Below are positions 1 to 13,619 of a DNA stretch of 64,000 bases, piece by piece. The notes beneath the pieces are model-generated. The model worked only from the letters and a program-made list of their open reading frames with translations, ran no database searches and was not told the origin of the DNA. Numbering within the stretch: position 1 is the stretch's first letter; each line of letters begins with the position of its first letter. Source of the DNA: Octopus sinensis (lineage: Eukaryota); the NCBI RefSeq assembly GCF_006345805.1, contig NC_043007.1, positions 62,620,001 through 62,684,000 of the forward strand, in the 5' to 3' direction. Both the position numbers and the translations under genes were made by a program.

Positions 1-2644
1 TCAATAACAACTGGACTTTTGTGTGGCAGTGTGGATTATTACTCAGCCTGCATGCCCTAAAATCACTAAACAGTATTGAGAAAATAACATCTAGAATAAT
101 AGTTGCCAATTTCAATGGTAACCCTTCTACTACTGTCACCTGCTGCTACAGCCCAACAAATGTCAGCAATGAACAAGAGGTCAAAGATTTTTACAATGAT
201 TTGTTGTTTCTTGTATGATCTATACCAAAACACAATATCCTCATCATTGGCAGAAATATGAATGCACAATTAGGCTATGACAATCCCCATCATAAGTACT
301 TGTTCCATCAAACCGAAATGGAGAATACTTGGAGCACCTCTTGGTAGAAAACAAACTTCAGTGCCTGAACACTTATTTTCTGAAGAGACTGGGAAAGAAG
401 TTGACCCGTACTTCCCCAAATGGATTCAAATCTTATGAACAAAATGTGGATTAACAGCTGCCACAACTGTGAAGCATACAACACTTTCTTTGGTGCATCA
501 TCTGACCATCAAGTGATAACATCTAAGCTTCAGGTAAGCCTCTGAGCAAACAAGATAAAAGGAACCTCAAGACCACCCTACAACTGGGTTATTCTGACGT
601 ACAATGAGAGAGTCCAAAATGATTTCATGATTAAACTCAGAAATTGCTTTGATGTATTACATGATGCCAATGTAGATTACACACCAAACGCAACATATTT
701 CAACTGCGCCCAAGCTCATTATGAGGCTGCTGAAAAATGCATCCCTTTGAGACCAGAAGTGAAATGAAGAGCCACCTGGGTAAGTAACAGTGCTTGCAAA
801 AAGAATTAGCATAAAAGAAATAACCAAGCAGTGCAACAGGAATTCTACAAGAAGAAACTTAAATAGAAAAACAAAGGTGCTGAAAGAACTTAATGTATTA
901 TATCAGATAGAACAGCAAAAATACATTCAAACCCAAATCAACAAAACCAAAAATGCAGAAGACAATAAACAGTCTTCTTTAGCATGGCAGAGAGTAAATG
1001 GAGTGGTCGGAAGAAATCCTTCGAAGTGAAGTTGAAGGCCTCTAGCCTACAGGAGAGACTGAGTAAGTGAAAAGACCATTTTCAAAACCTTCTTGAGAAA
1101 TCACTGAATACATCAAATCTGCAGATCCATTGTATTGTTGAAGAGGTCCTGGATACCAAGCAGGGATCCTTCTCTATAGAAGAGCTTGAAGTCATACTGA
1201 GGAAGACCAAAAACCTGCAGGATTGGATGATATCCCGCCTGAAGTCTGGAAAACCGGCAATTTCAATGGCATTCTTCTCAAATCGTGCAACTCAGTATAT
1301 CATCAAAGTGAGATAAAAGTCTGGACAGAAAGATGTATTCTGCCTTTCCCCAAAAAGGGGATCTGGGCCTTACAATAAACTACAGAGGAATTACATTAAC
1401 ACCAATTGCAGTGAAAATTTACAATGCATTGCTACTCAATTGAATCCAACCTCAAATTGAAAGAGTTCTTAGGAAAAATCAAAATGAATTCAGGAAGAGC
1501 TGCTCTACATCTAGTCAAATTCTCACAGGAGGGTGTTGGAAGGAGTGTGAGCCAAAAACCTTAAAGCAGTTCTGCTTTTAGTTGATTTCTCCAAGGCCTT
1601 TGCCTCTATACACAGAGATAAGATGGCAGAAATCCTTAGGGCATATGGAATCCCTGATGAAACAATAAAGGCAGTAATGATGCTGTATAAAAAACACCTG
1701 AGTGAAAGTGTGGTCACCAGATGGAGATACAGACTTCTTTGATGTTTGTGCAGGAGTACTGCAGGGTGACACACTGGCTCCTTGTTCATCCTATGTCTCG
1801 ATTACATATTGCATACCTCAATAGATCAACACAATGACCTGGATTTCACTTTATAGAAGGCTAGAAGCAGAAGATATCTGACTACCTACTTGACTGATGC
1901 TGATTATGCTGATGACATAGTGCTCTTCACTGACAACACAAAAGAATGTTTACTCCATCTCCTGGAAAATGCTGCCACTAACATAGGACTATATGCGAAT
2001 GGAAAGAAGACAGTTTATCATCCTGAACACGAGAGGTGAAATCAGGACCATCAAACAGAAGCCCTTGAAAAATGTCAATGAGTTTACTTACCTAGGCAGC
2101 AATATCATGTCAACTGAAGAAGATACTAAATCTCATGTTGCTAAGGCTTGGGCAACTATAGACAGTCTTGGAACAATATGGAAGTCAACCCTACCAGATA
2201 CATTGAAGAGACAGTTTTTCAGAGCAGTTGTTGAATTTGTGCTTGTATATGGATCTCTGACTTGAACTCTCACTAAGAGACTCAAGTGCATGTTGGACAG
2301 TGCCTACACCAGAATGTTACATGCAGTACTCAACATTTCTTGGAGAGAACCCAACAAAACAATGGTTATATGGGAATGTACCAACTTTCTCATCAACCAT
2401 CCCAGACTGGAGATTGAGGTTTGCTGGCCACTGCTGGAGAAGTAAAGTAGAACTTGTGAGTAATGTGTTGCTGTGGACACCAAATCATGGTACCACAGCA
2501 ACTGGAAGACCATGGAAGGCATATATACAACAGCTTGCAGAAGATGTTGGATGCCAAGTTGAAGACCTAAAAACATTAATGGAAGATCGGGAGGGATGGA
2601 GAGATGTAGTCAGGCTGGCCTGGGCAATCAGTCTGACTGGATGA
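1..2644 (+). mobile_element. Degenerate RTE-clade non-LTR retrotransposon (APE endonuclease + reverse transcriptase), cut by the window start
   Basis: Frame-broken motifs in the expected order: TCCYSPTN, SDH-like (endonuclease); YRGITL, LLLVDFSKAF, GVLQGDTLAP, DYADD, FTYLGSNI, RLRFAGHCWRS, GRPWKAYIQQL (RT and C-terminus). Many stops and frameshifts. Confidence 0.85.
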
Positions 2645-4617
2645 TGCCTCGATTAGAGAAAGATATTCACTGTCATTTATTACATGAAAGTGTCTTGGTT
2701 CTCTTTGGAATAGCTTTCTGTGGTAAACTTGTATTAACTCCAAAAACTACATTTGATGAGGATGTGTTTAACCCAATGTACAGAAATCATAGTTCAGCAC
2801 TGAATACACTTGTTTTATGATAGGGTTTACTAAATGAGGGGCCTACGGAGCTAGTGTTTTGTTGGCATGGTGATATTTAAGACATTACACCTAATACTTT
2901 CTATTTTATTTTATTTGACAACATATTTATTCATTTGGGAAATAAGAAGTTGCTACTATGGAAAGCAGTCAGTTGTTAATTAAAACAGAATGTCTCTCAT
3001 CATAATTTAATGTCTATTTTCCATGCTGGTTTAGGTCAAAAGGTTTGACATGAACCAGTGAGCCACAGGGGTGTGCCGAGTGGAAATTTGTTTTTAATAC
3101 TTATTTTTAAACTATCTCTTGAGTGCTTCCATATGTTTTAATTACATTATTAAAATATTATTATAGTTGTTTACTATAATATTATTTGACAAGAGATCAG
3201 CAAATACAACACTATTAGCTGATAGCCAATTGAAGTTTTACAACTTCATGTTTAAATACTGTGGGGACAATATTAATTTTCATTTCTGTTCATGTTGTTG
3301 ATGGAGAAATCATTAGATAGTGCTGATAATATTCTAAAGTTGAGCTATATGCATCTATTCCTTTCCTTTCCAGAATTTGACCTTTTGACTCCTGAATCCC
3401 ACTCTCCCATTTACCATAAATAACTTCTAGATATTTCTTAACAACTGAAATTCAATTTACTGTTATGCAAAGTGTAAGAGTGCATCTTGCTTTGATTCCT
3501 TTCAGTTTGCAGTATGTCCATTTGAAGGTTTTGTAATGACAAGTTCAATTTGGGAAAAACTTTTGGTTTCAGTAATTAACATTATTAGTTCATGGAAACT
3601 TATAACGGACCATACTGAGAACAGTATGTAATGACTTTTGCATGTCATTAGTGCAGTTAGGCAAATGACAGAGCAAAAGCAATTAAACAAGTCCTGATTA
3701 ACAGCACTTGCTACTAATTGTTCTGACTATGGAAATTGTGGGCTGACAAGTTAAACCCTGAAATTGAAAGTTTTTCTCAAAGACAGCTAGCTATTACAGT
3801 TTTACAGAAGTGCCTAATATTTTATTTATTTCTCCCATTTCATGATCATTTGATTCTTTCTTGATGTGGCATCCAGGTGAGCATTGCTTTTAGTCTTCCT
3901 AATAATTCTCTTGACCCCTGCTGCATGTAATACTAAAACCAAAAATGGGAGCCTGTTATTTGAAAATGTCAAGTGGTTGTGGTGGTGGTGGTGGTGTGCT
4001 CAATAACATTTGATTATAATTTCTTTCTTTTTAATGCAAGATATTTCTTCTTCATTGCAACTTATGTTGCAATTAACAAGGATTATCTTGTTCTTTTTTT
4101 TTATTTTTGTTTTTCTATATTTGTTATAAATTTTTGGTACTTATTTATATATTGTTTTATTTCAGGTCCTTGAATTTTTGCTCATAAAGACATTATTTAC
4201 CATTCTTATTACTGTTTCTGTTTTCGTTCTGGTCAAGTGAGACATGTAATTCAAAAATAACTTAAAAAACACTGGTGATGAATGCTGTATGGGGTTAGTT
4301 GAATTAGCAAAGCAGATATTATCTGAAACTGGGATAAATAAGCTTTTTTATATTAAGGAAGTATTAATGACAATTAATTGTCATTAATAATACTCTGAAT
4401 TAGTCAACAATCATAGTCCTGCTTAAAATGTTGAAACTCACCTCTCAGACTTGTTCTAAGAATTTTTTTTTATCATCTATTGCACCGGCCTTCAGATGGT
4501 TGCTTTGAGAAGCATAATAGTTAAGATACTGACTTGTAATTCTTGATATTGAGGTCAAGACTCAAACATTACAGAAGTCTTTGTCACTAGACTTATTACT
4601 CTGCTTAATTTGGCTTT

Positions 4618-4837
4618 TTAACCCTTTAGTATTCAACTCACTTTGTCAAATGTAATGCTTATTTATTTACATTGTTTTGAATTAACTATACATTATGTTG
4701 TAGCTTTGAGATGTTGATGTGATTGTTTATTTTTAGAATGACATAGTAGTGTAGATGGGTAACATCTGGCCAGTTTGAACATAAAAAAGAGAAAATGTAT
4801 CGGCCTGATATGGGTAGTTTAAATGCTAAAGATATAA
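4618..4837. mobile_element. TTAA-flanked piggyBac-like MITE, family A (decayed right end)
   Basis: Starts TTAACCCTTTAG and matches the body of the better copy at 31316-31519. Other copies lie at about 9050-9243 and 35242-35461 (inverted). Confidence 0.6.
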
Positions 4838-5908
4838 GCTGGTCCCTATATTGTAGTTGAGTTGTTGGCATTAAGTAACAACAACTGCTCCTATACTGCA
4901 TATGTTTACATGTTGCTGACATTTCAAAGCAGCCATCTGGTTCTAGTAGAGTAAATATGGTGCTGACTGAAAGACCAAATTTTTCATCTTCTTTCATAGA
5001 TACTGCATTGAATATGCAACATGGTGAGGATCAATTTATCAATCTACAATAGGAAGATCTTCATAATTTTCTAAGTTTACAGTGCTGAACTAAAATTCTC
5101 ATAGTGATAGCTTGTTGAATGATGAACTCCATGAAGCTGGCTTTATCTAAATACACTACATAAAGAGAGATTCTTTAGACATCAACCTATGCTATTGAAT
5201 TGGGGAAGAAAGCCATGTATGTGTTGTCTGAAGAACAGTAAACAAACTGTGAAATGGTCCATCAGGAGATTCCTTCTTTCTTTTCCTCTACACATCAATA
5301 ACATAGAAAGAATACTTTTACATTTTTATCTAACTCACAGCAAAATTTTGTAGTGTTTAGATTTATTTCAGTTCTTCTGATTTACACTGTGTTGTGTATA
5401 AAATAGAAATAGAAATCGTTCAATGATTCAATAGGTAAAAGCTATTCTTGTTCTGATTAAGTAGATTATGTCATATCGAGGGCTGATAAAAGGATTTGAG
5501 ATGCTTAGGCTGGTCATTATCAAGTTCCATAGAATCATTAGCATTTTTCCAATAGCCAACTGTTGCTCATGAATATTTAGTATTTTGTAATCTTTAATCT
5601 TGGCACTTACAGTGGTAAGCACGTTTTATGATAGGTTGACTATTTTGTTAGTCAATTTGAGTGACATCATAAAAATTCTTTATTTTTAGTTCCCTTGATT
5701 CTAATGTTGAATGTACTGTGCATCTATTTTGTTATATATTTAATAAGAATGATGTAGATAACCTAGAAACTTTGAAGGAAACATTGAATATTAATTTCAT
5801 TTGAAGAGGGACAAATTGAACTTTTCTTTTTAAACTTGTCTGTGGAATATTGTTCAAACATATTTTTATGTACATTATTATTATTGATAATAACAATTAT
5901 TATTATTA

Positions 5909-6120
5909 AGGTGGTAAGCTGGCAGAATCTTTGGCACACTGGACGAAATGCTTAATGGCATTTCGTCTGTCTTTACATTCTGAGTTCAAATTCCACCAAG
6001 GTTGACTTTACCTTTCATCCCTTTTGGGAGATCAATAAAACAATTACCTGTTGAGCACTTGGGTTGCAGTAATTGAGAGGTTCCACCTCTAGTTTTTGTC
6101 CTTATACCAAAATTTAAAAT
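5909..6120 (+). mobile_element. tRNA-like-headed SINE, family B
   Basis: GGTGGTAAGCTGGCAGAAT...GAGTTCAAATTCC (box A/B-like)...CCAAAATTT. Further copies at about 6153-6366, 6932-7145, 9707-9908, 16848-17040, 47843-48068, 53805-53999 (-), 54912-55120, 58960-59159 and 63640-63845. Confidence 0.8.
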
Positions 6121-6379
6121 ATTCTTCTTATTATTATTATTATCATCATCATCAAGGTAACAAGGCAGCAGAATCATTAGTGCATCGGATAAATGCTTAG
6201 CAGTATTTCTTTCAGTGTTATACTTTAAATTCAAACTCCACTGAGGTCAGCTTTACCTTTTGTGCTACTGGGGTTGATAAAATAAGTACCAGTTGATCTC
6301 TGGGGTCAATGTTGTCGACTTACCCACTCCCCCAAAATTACTGGCTGTGTGCCAAAATTTGAACCATTATTATTATTAC

Positions 6380-6920
6380 TGAGTGTGAGAGCAGTGCATG
6401 TCATCAAAGTGACACTGGGGAACAAATATATGAACCCCAATATACCCATGATAACTACTGGTTTGAAAAGGGGTATAATAGACACATGCATAATAACCAT
6501 ATGTGTGCAACATGGTGACCTAATATCAAGATAAACAGCTCATGGCTTGCAGGTGGAATCCAGTTAGAATTTTCTTCAGATCATTTGGCCCATCCTGCTC
6601 AAAAGGTCATTAAATAAGGGTTGTTTAATGATGATGAACAAAGCACCCATGTTTCCAGGGATGAATTATTGAAACCCCAAAGAATCCCTTTCAATACATG
6701 ACTGATGCTCCCCTACTACTCCTGCTCATGATCAGAGATACACATATCAGCCACTATGGGACATGCTTAAATAGTTATGGTCAAGCAAATCTGTGGTATT
6801 GAGCTGAATATTTGCTGTAGCTCATCTTTTATACCAAGAGAAAACCTGTACAAATTAACACTTTCAATCAGTTAAGATCAAAATCCATGAGAGCCACTGC
6901 CTGGTATTGCATCATGGCAA
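6380..6920 (-). mobile_element. 5'-truncated retroposon with (TAA)n tail (R4/Dong-like 3' end)
   Basis: The reverse strand ends ...GCACTGCTCTCACACTCAGTAATAATAATAA and there are TTA repeats on both flanks. A shorter second copy lies at 7155-7277. The clade assignment is inference. Confidence 0.5.
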
Positions 6921-7832
6921 ATATTATTATTGGGACAGTGAGCTAGTAGAATTAACCTATCATACAAAATGCTTCACAGCATTTCTTCTAGCTGTAGGTT
7001 CTGTGTTCAAATTCTGCTGAGGTTGACTTTCCCTTTCATTCTTTTGCAGTTGATAAAGTAAGTACCAGTTGAGTACAGGGGTTCATAGAATTGACTAGCC
7101 CCCCCCCTCCGAAAAATTTCAGGCCTTGTGTGTATTGTAGAAAGAATTATTATTGAGTGAGAGAGCAGTGTATGCCATCAAAGTGATACTAGGGTAAAAT
7201 ATACGAAGCCCAGTGTACCCATCATGACTACCCATCTGATAAGAGTACACCAGACACATGCATCAAAACTATCAGGGCATTTATTATTATTATTATTATT
7301 TTCTCTTTCTATTAACCTTAGGAATTGGGTTTCTTTTGGGTTTTCTTTAATCTTTTCATCTGTGTACCACATTTGTTTAATTATGAACAATGGTCAAGTA
7401 TTCATTGTTTTGTGATAAATAAAATGTTTTATGACATAAATTAATAAACATTTTAATGCTGAGCAATCTAAACTATATTATTTTTGATTAAAAAATGAAA
7501 TTATAGAATAAATAATAACGAAATCAATACTTTCTATCAGAAAGTATTGATTTTCTTAATATTTTTTAAAGGTATTTTATTAAAAGTCTATTTTTAGAGA
7601 CTGTCATGGAAAACATGAAAAATGATGTATCATATTTTGTATTTAATTTCCTCCTTTTTTTAATTTTATCTATTTTAAAATTTTGGTTAAAAATGAAATT
7701 TTTTGAATATATATTTTTGATGAAATTCTTATTTCAATGGCTGCTGTATGTGTTAGCTTATGATGCCAATGGTGTTCATGTTATATAAAAGGGGTGGAAA
7801 AAAAAACTGAGAAGCAAAATGTTTTAGCACAC

Positions 7833-8985
7833 TTTAACCATTTTGATATTAACCAACCCAAATTCCATCCATGGTTCTATGATGCAACCTTCATGTTTTA
7901 AAGTTATTTAAGTTAAAACTTCCATCAAGGTTTTGTATTAATTTATGGGTGGAATTATGGTTTAAGCACCCCACATAACCCCTTATAACTTTTTTATTAT
8001 TTTGGGGAATTTAAAAACAAATTTTTTTTCCTAATTGTATGAATTCCCATGTGTAGAACAAAAATTCACAAAAGTTTTCTGAAAATTCCCAAAACTAAAA
8101 AACTATGAGAAGTTATATGGGGTGCTTAAACCAAAATTCCGACAATTTATGTTCATCAAAATTTTATATTGTTTTGAACACTAGCTTAACCCTTTTGATA
8201 CTAAAATACCTCTGGTTCCATGTTGTATCTCCCTGTTTTAATGTGATCTAAACTACCTCCTATCAAAATTTTATTTTAATCTATCTCCTAAATAATGACA
8301 AAATTATATTATCAAATTTTTCATTATTTTCAAAATTAATTGAAATAAAGATAGTGTTGAAATATAGTAAAAAAAGATTAAATATAATACACCTTTTCAA
8401 ATGAATGTAAAATATCTTTACTCTTAAGTGAAGGTTGCAGAATTCACTGTTTTGACAATCTTTTTGTTAAGCTTTCAAAGTATTTTCCCATTTTCACAAC
8501 AGATGCTATCATATTTTCATTCATATAACATCCTGCTTTTGTTTTTGACTAACATTTTTGATATCACCCCACCTGAAACTGCTCCTGGATCTGTGTTACA
8601 AACTTCTTGTTTTAACCCTTTTAATACTAACTCATCCAAGACTACCATGGTTCTGTTCTACAAATGTCTTGTTTTCAAAAGTTCTGAATTAAAATCTTCC
8701 ACAAAAACTTAGTTGTAATTTATGTTCCTAACACTAGTTTAATAACAACGTTATTTTCATTAAATTCTTTGTTATATTTAAAATCAATTGAAATAAACAC
8801 TTAGAGTATCTCAACAAGAGGATTAAAGGGATCTAAATTGAAAGCTCCCATCAAAATTTTGTGTTAATTTATGCTCCAAATACCAGCTTAATGACAGTTA
8901 TTTTACCAAATTCTTCATTATTTCAAAATTAATTCAAACAAAAGCAATGTATTTCAACAGAAATAAGGTAACAAAAGAATTAAAA
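7833..8985 (+). mobile_element. Cluster of nested or tandem TTAA MITE family B fragments
   Basis: Repeated TTAACC(C/A)TTTT starts near 7833, 8186 and 8612. The bodies resemble the complete copy at 43755-43970. Confidence 0.6.
7951..8140. mobile_element. Palindromic MITE inserted in the family B cluster
   Basis: GGAATTATGGTTTAAGCACCCCACATAAC... at the left is the inverted complement of ...GTTATATGGGGTGCTTAAACCAAAATTCC at the right. Arms are about 70 bp. Confidence 0.7.
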
Positions 8986-10165
8986 AGCATCTTGATAAAG
9001 TGAGGATCTAACATATTTAATATAGCGAGGTCCACAAAATATTTTATTAAGCTTTTAGCATTCCAGTTACTCCATCAAATGTAATACTTATTCATTAACT
9101 TTATTTTGAATTAATCTTGCAGCTTTGAGATTTCAATGATGTGATTGTAGGGTAGGTGTAAGAGACCAGATATTGATAGTTTGAACATAAAACAGATAGA
9201 ATATTTGGGCTGCATATGGCCAGTTTAAAATGATAAAGGGTTCATTCAAATTTAACCTGTAATGAAAAGTAAAACCATTAATGTTAATGATAATTCTTGT
9301 CTAAAAATGCAAGTTAGATAACTGTGAGGTCTACATTAATGTAAAAGTTTGGTTAAAGAATGAGCTGGGTCTTTGGTAAGTACTGTGGTGACCCCAAACA
9401 TGTCTCAGAGTTATTGAACCTCATCAGGATGGCATAACCTTAGAATGATTGAGAAAATATGAGTAACAAAACATTCTTGAAAAGGTAATTTAAAATAATG
9501 AAAAAGGTGCCTCCTTTATGAAGAATATATAATTAAATATGTTAGCCTCCACTTAACTATTCATTTCCCATGCAGAAGGTATCTCTGGGGAGCATCTTGA
9601 CTAGTATAATACAAGGGATATATTATTTCAACATTAACCGTGAAACAAACAGTCATTCAAACTGAAGGAACTGTTCACATTTATTACAATTGTTATTATT
9701 GTTAGAAGTCGGTGAGCTGGTAGAATTTTTAGAGCAGCAGAATAAATGCCTTGTGGTTTGTCTTCCTACTCTTTGTTCTGAATTCAAATCCTACCAGCAT
9801 CAACTTTAGCTTTCGTCCTTTCAGAGTTCCAGTCAAGTACTAGCATCGATGGTATTGACAAACTCCTTGCTTACACACTAAATTTCAGGCCTAGTGCCTA
9901 CATTGGAAGCAATTTTGAATTTTCATGTATGATAAAACTTGTGTAATTTTTACTCAACACTTGATTAGTGGTGGTGGCGGGTTGGATAGGGGAAGAGACC
10001 CAGTTACATTGGTTAATGAAACAAGGAAGGTAACTCTTTATTCACAGTGAAATAAATCTGAAGGTAGCAATGAGTGCTATTGATTAACCTGGACACAATT
10101 TATTATTGGTATTTATGTTCAACTGTATTAGTGGTATACACACACATAATATGTGTGTGTGTGTG

Positions 10166-10235
<70 letters not shown>

Positions 10236-10791
10236 TGTGTGTGTGGATGAATCTTACCAACTCTGCATTGATAAATGGTAAAGTTGTCTTTGGTATTATC
10301 CACTCTCTACAGTGTATTGTCCCAATTTTCATATTATAACTACATTATTTGAATGACTGACTTAACCAGTTACACTATTCGTAAATTTATGGCACATTAA
10401 TCAATACCATTATTGCTTTACTTTGTATAAATTAGTTACTTGCAACAATTTATTACAAGGATTTATTTTTATTTGTTGAGCTTTATGATTACTTTCAGAA
10501 TTATATACCAATTACCATCCCAGTTCTATGTAATTTGCTTAATTAATCAGGCTGCTTAATTTGAGACAAGGAATGTTAATTTGTGAAGCTATTTGCCAAA
10601 AAGTTTCTTCATTGTTTGGAAATTTGTCAATTTGGTTGTTTACTAGATTTCTAACCTGTCTACCAAAATGCTTGCTTGCAAAGTTGTATGTTTCAAGCTA
10701 CCTGTAAACCTAAGTTGGCTATAGTAAGGACAAAAACAAACTGGCTTTCACGCACTCTATATGTTATTTTCCAGTTTAGTTATTTGCTAAT

Positions 10792-11130
10792 CATCATCAT
10801 CGTTTAGCATCCGCTTTCCATGCTAGCATGGGTTGGACGGTTCAACTGGGGTCTGGGAAGCCAGAAGGCTGCACCAGGCCCAGTCTGATCTGGCAATGTT
10901 TCTACGGCTGGATGCCCTTCTTAATGCCAACCACTCCGCGAGTGTATTGGGTGCTTTTTACATGGCACCGGCACAGGTGCCAGACGAGGCTGGCAAACAG
11001 CCACGATCGGATAGTGCTTTTTATGTGCCACCGGCACGAGGCCGGTTGGGGCGGCGCTGGCAATGGCCATGTTCGGATGGTTCTCTTACGTGCCACCGGC
11101 ACTGGTATCACAGCTGCAATTTCCATTGAT
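10792..11130 (-). mobile_element. (GAT)n-tailed RTE-derived 3' UTR element or truncated LINE
   Basis: CATCATCATCGTTTAGCATCCGCTTTCCATGCTAGCATGGGTTGG... Same family at about 12506-12810, 20404-20640, 32695-33075 and 46151-46550 (all -), and 29985-30677 and 52375-52666 (+). Confidence 0.8.
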
Positions 11131-12077
11131 GTTGATCAATTTCGATTCTCAGTTGCCTAATTTATCCATGTTTTGTAAATATGGCAACTTTACAAGTTAT
11201 TTGTAGGTAATAAATTACTTAAAATGATCTTTTAATATTAGCATGTCTGAGCATGTCTGAATAGTTTACAAACTTAACATTGAATTCTAAGTTGACTATC
11301 TACTAAGCTGAGTAGATTTTTTTGTTTACTGGTTAATCAGTTTGTTAACTAGCTGGTTGATAGTTGTTTTACTATTTGATTGTCTGCAAGGTCAGTTATT
11401 TGGCAATGTGTAACACTGCATGAAGAATATGCCTTGTTAGCAGTCAATTGTATGATATGCCTAATTGCATGCTTGCATGCAATATTTGTATATTGTTATA
11501 CATAAGTTATTTTCTTATCATAACTTGTGTTCAGTGCCAATTTATTTGGCTACTTTACTATGTCTTCAGATTAGCAACTTTACTGCCAACTTTGGTAATC
11601 TCACAATTAGGAAAGTAATAATTTTCTTTTCTTTCAAACATATAAAAGTTACATATTTCCTAGTTGGGTCAATTTCTATATTTTCTAATTTCATTATTTA
11701 TTAAATTTTATTTTATGAATCCAACTTAAATATATAATATATAATAATTTGCTTGCAAAATTTTTAGTTTGTAGCTAGTTGGCTATTTCCATTACAAAGT
11801 ATAGAGCATGAATTGGCTCTTAAAAGTATTTTCTGTGTTTTGCCATTTTAATCTAACACTGTAACACTGTAGCTACTGCATATGTAGCCCATTGGGATAT
11901 TATAATGATACTATATATATATATATTGTGTGTGTGTATGTATATGCGTAAGTATATATATATGTGTGTGTGTGTGTGTATGTATATGCGTAAGTATATA
12001 TATATATATATCATCATCATCATCATCATCATATATATATATATTTGTGTGTGTATATGTATGTATGTGTGTGTGTG

Positions 12078-12109
<32 letters not shown>

Positions 12110-12113
12110 ATTA

Positions 12114-12260
12114 CAGTGTACATTTAAACATGTAAGAGATGGCCATAACAGGACATCTGACTCGCTAGAAGGAGTAGTTAAACTCCAAACCATTATTAGG
12201 GGTAATTTCGAAAGGGAATGTCCTGTTATGGCCATCTCTTATGTGTTTAAATGTACACTG
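12114..12260. mobile_element. Tc1/mariner-type MITE, 147 bp
   Basis: TA|CAGTGTACATTTAAAC...GTTTAAATGTACACTG|TA. TIRs are 43 bp (12114-12156 and 12218-12260) with 2 mismatches, and there is a TA TSD on both sides. Confidence 0.85.
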
Positions 12261-13619
12261 TAATTTTATATATAGTCTATTGACTAGTTTTTTCTTCTCG
12301 CTAGACCACTGGTAGCAAAGAAATTTTTCTAAATTTTTTTTGCTACCCTGAAATTTATTAATATATATATACATACACACACACACACACATGTATATCA
12401 AATATAGATTGCAAAAGTCAATTTTTTTCCAGTTTCTGTTTTTTCATAGCACATTCTCAATATATCAGCCTATTCTAATATACTTTTTTAAAATAATGGA
12501 AAATCATCATTATCATCTTCGTTTAACATCATCTTTCCATGCTGGCGTAGGTTGGACAGTTTGACTGAGGACTGGCAAGCCAGGAGGCTGCACCAGGCTC
12601 CAATCTTATCTGCAAGGTATCTATAGCTAGATGCCCTTCCTAACACCAACCACTCTGAGAGTGTAGTGGGTGCTTTTTACGTGCCACCAGCACAGGGGCC
12701 AGCCAGGCAGTACTGGCATCAGGTACACATGAATGGTGCTTTTTATGTGCCACTGGCATATGAGCCAGTCCGGTGGGACTGGCATTGACCATGCTCGAAT
12801 GGTGCTTTATGCAACTAAAAAAAAATTAACTGCATGCTTTCATTATTCATAACATTCATGTGATTTTAAATCCAGCATTTGCCCCAAAGAAATAAATCAT
12901 TCACTGGATATAATATTTGTATAATAATTTAGGTGAAAAATAATAATACATCAATGAATTTCAAACTCTTCCACTTAAACAAAAATATGGTATTCAAAAG
13001 TATTCATGTGAAAACATTTTGAAAGTTTAACATGCTTCAGACTGAAGCGTAAACATATTAAAATGCATGATACAGAAGCAGTAGTTTATGTATTGAGGTA
13101 TATTTGTACATAGATGGAAATCAAGAGTTGCATAGGGCTGAAGTATTTCTTTGCTATAAAGATGTAAATTTGGCAATTGAGTTTTTCAAGCACTACCAAG
13201 TGGTATTTGCAGTTGAATGTAAAGCATTAAATGCACAAGTTATTTGAACATATACATAGAAAAATAAAAATAGAAAACTTTCTTTATTTCTTTTGACATC
13301 AATCTGCCCCTACTTATATAAAGCAAACTTCCTGTTTTAAAGTTATTCTGATTAAAGTCTTGCATCTGAATTTCATGTGAATTTATGTTCCAAACACCAG
13401 CAAAAAACTGACAGTTTAATAAATTGTTTGTTACATTGAAAATATTTTGAAACAAAGACTGCATTGCAACAGAAATACAGTAACAAAAGAGTTAAATATT
13501 AAATTGAATGTTGTGTGTGTGTGTGTGTATACACACACACACACATAGTTCTCTTTGATCTCAGCCAAATGGCCAAAATATGAGTGTGTGTCTATTTGAG
13601 TTTCCATCAATTTTTCCTA

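Noticed and set aside
3240-5760. Decayed transposase-like or exon-like coding patches, including a minus-strand donor at 4441
   Set aside because: Only short stop-interrupted readings with no recognisable motif series.
10084-10339. ORFs rich in YI/HT/CV (also about 11905-12235, 45671-46360, 47600-47906)
   Set aside because: These are translations of TA/CA microsatellites.
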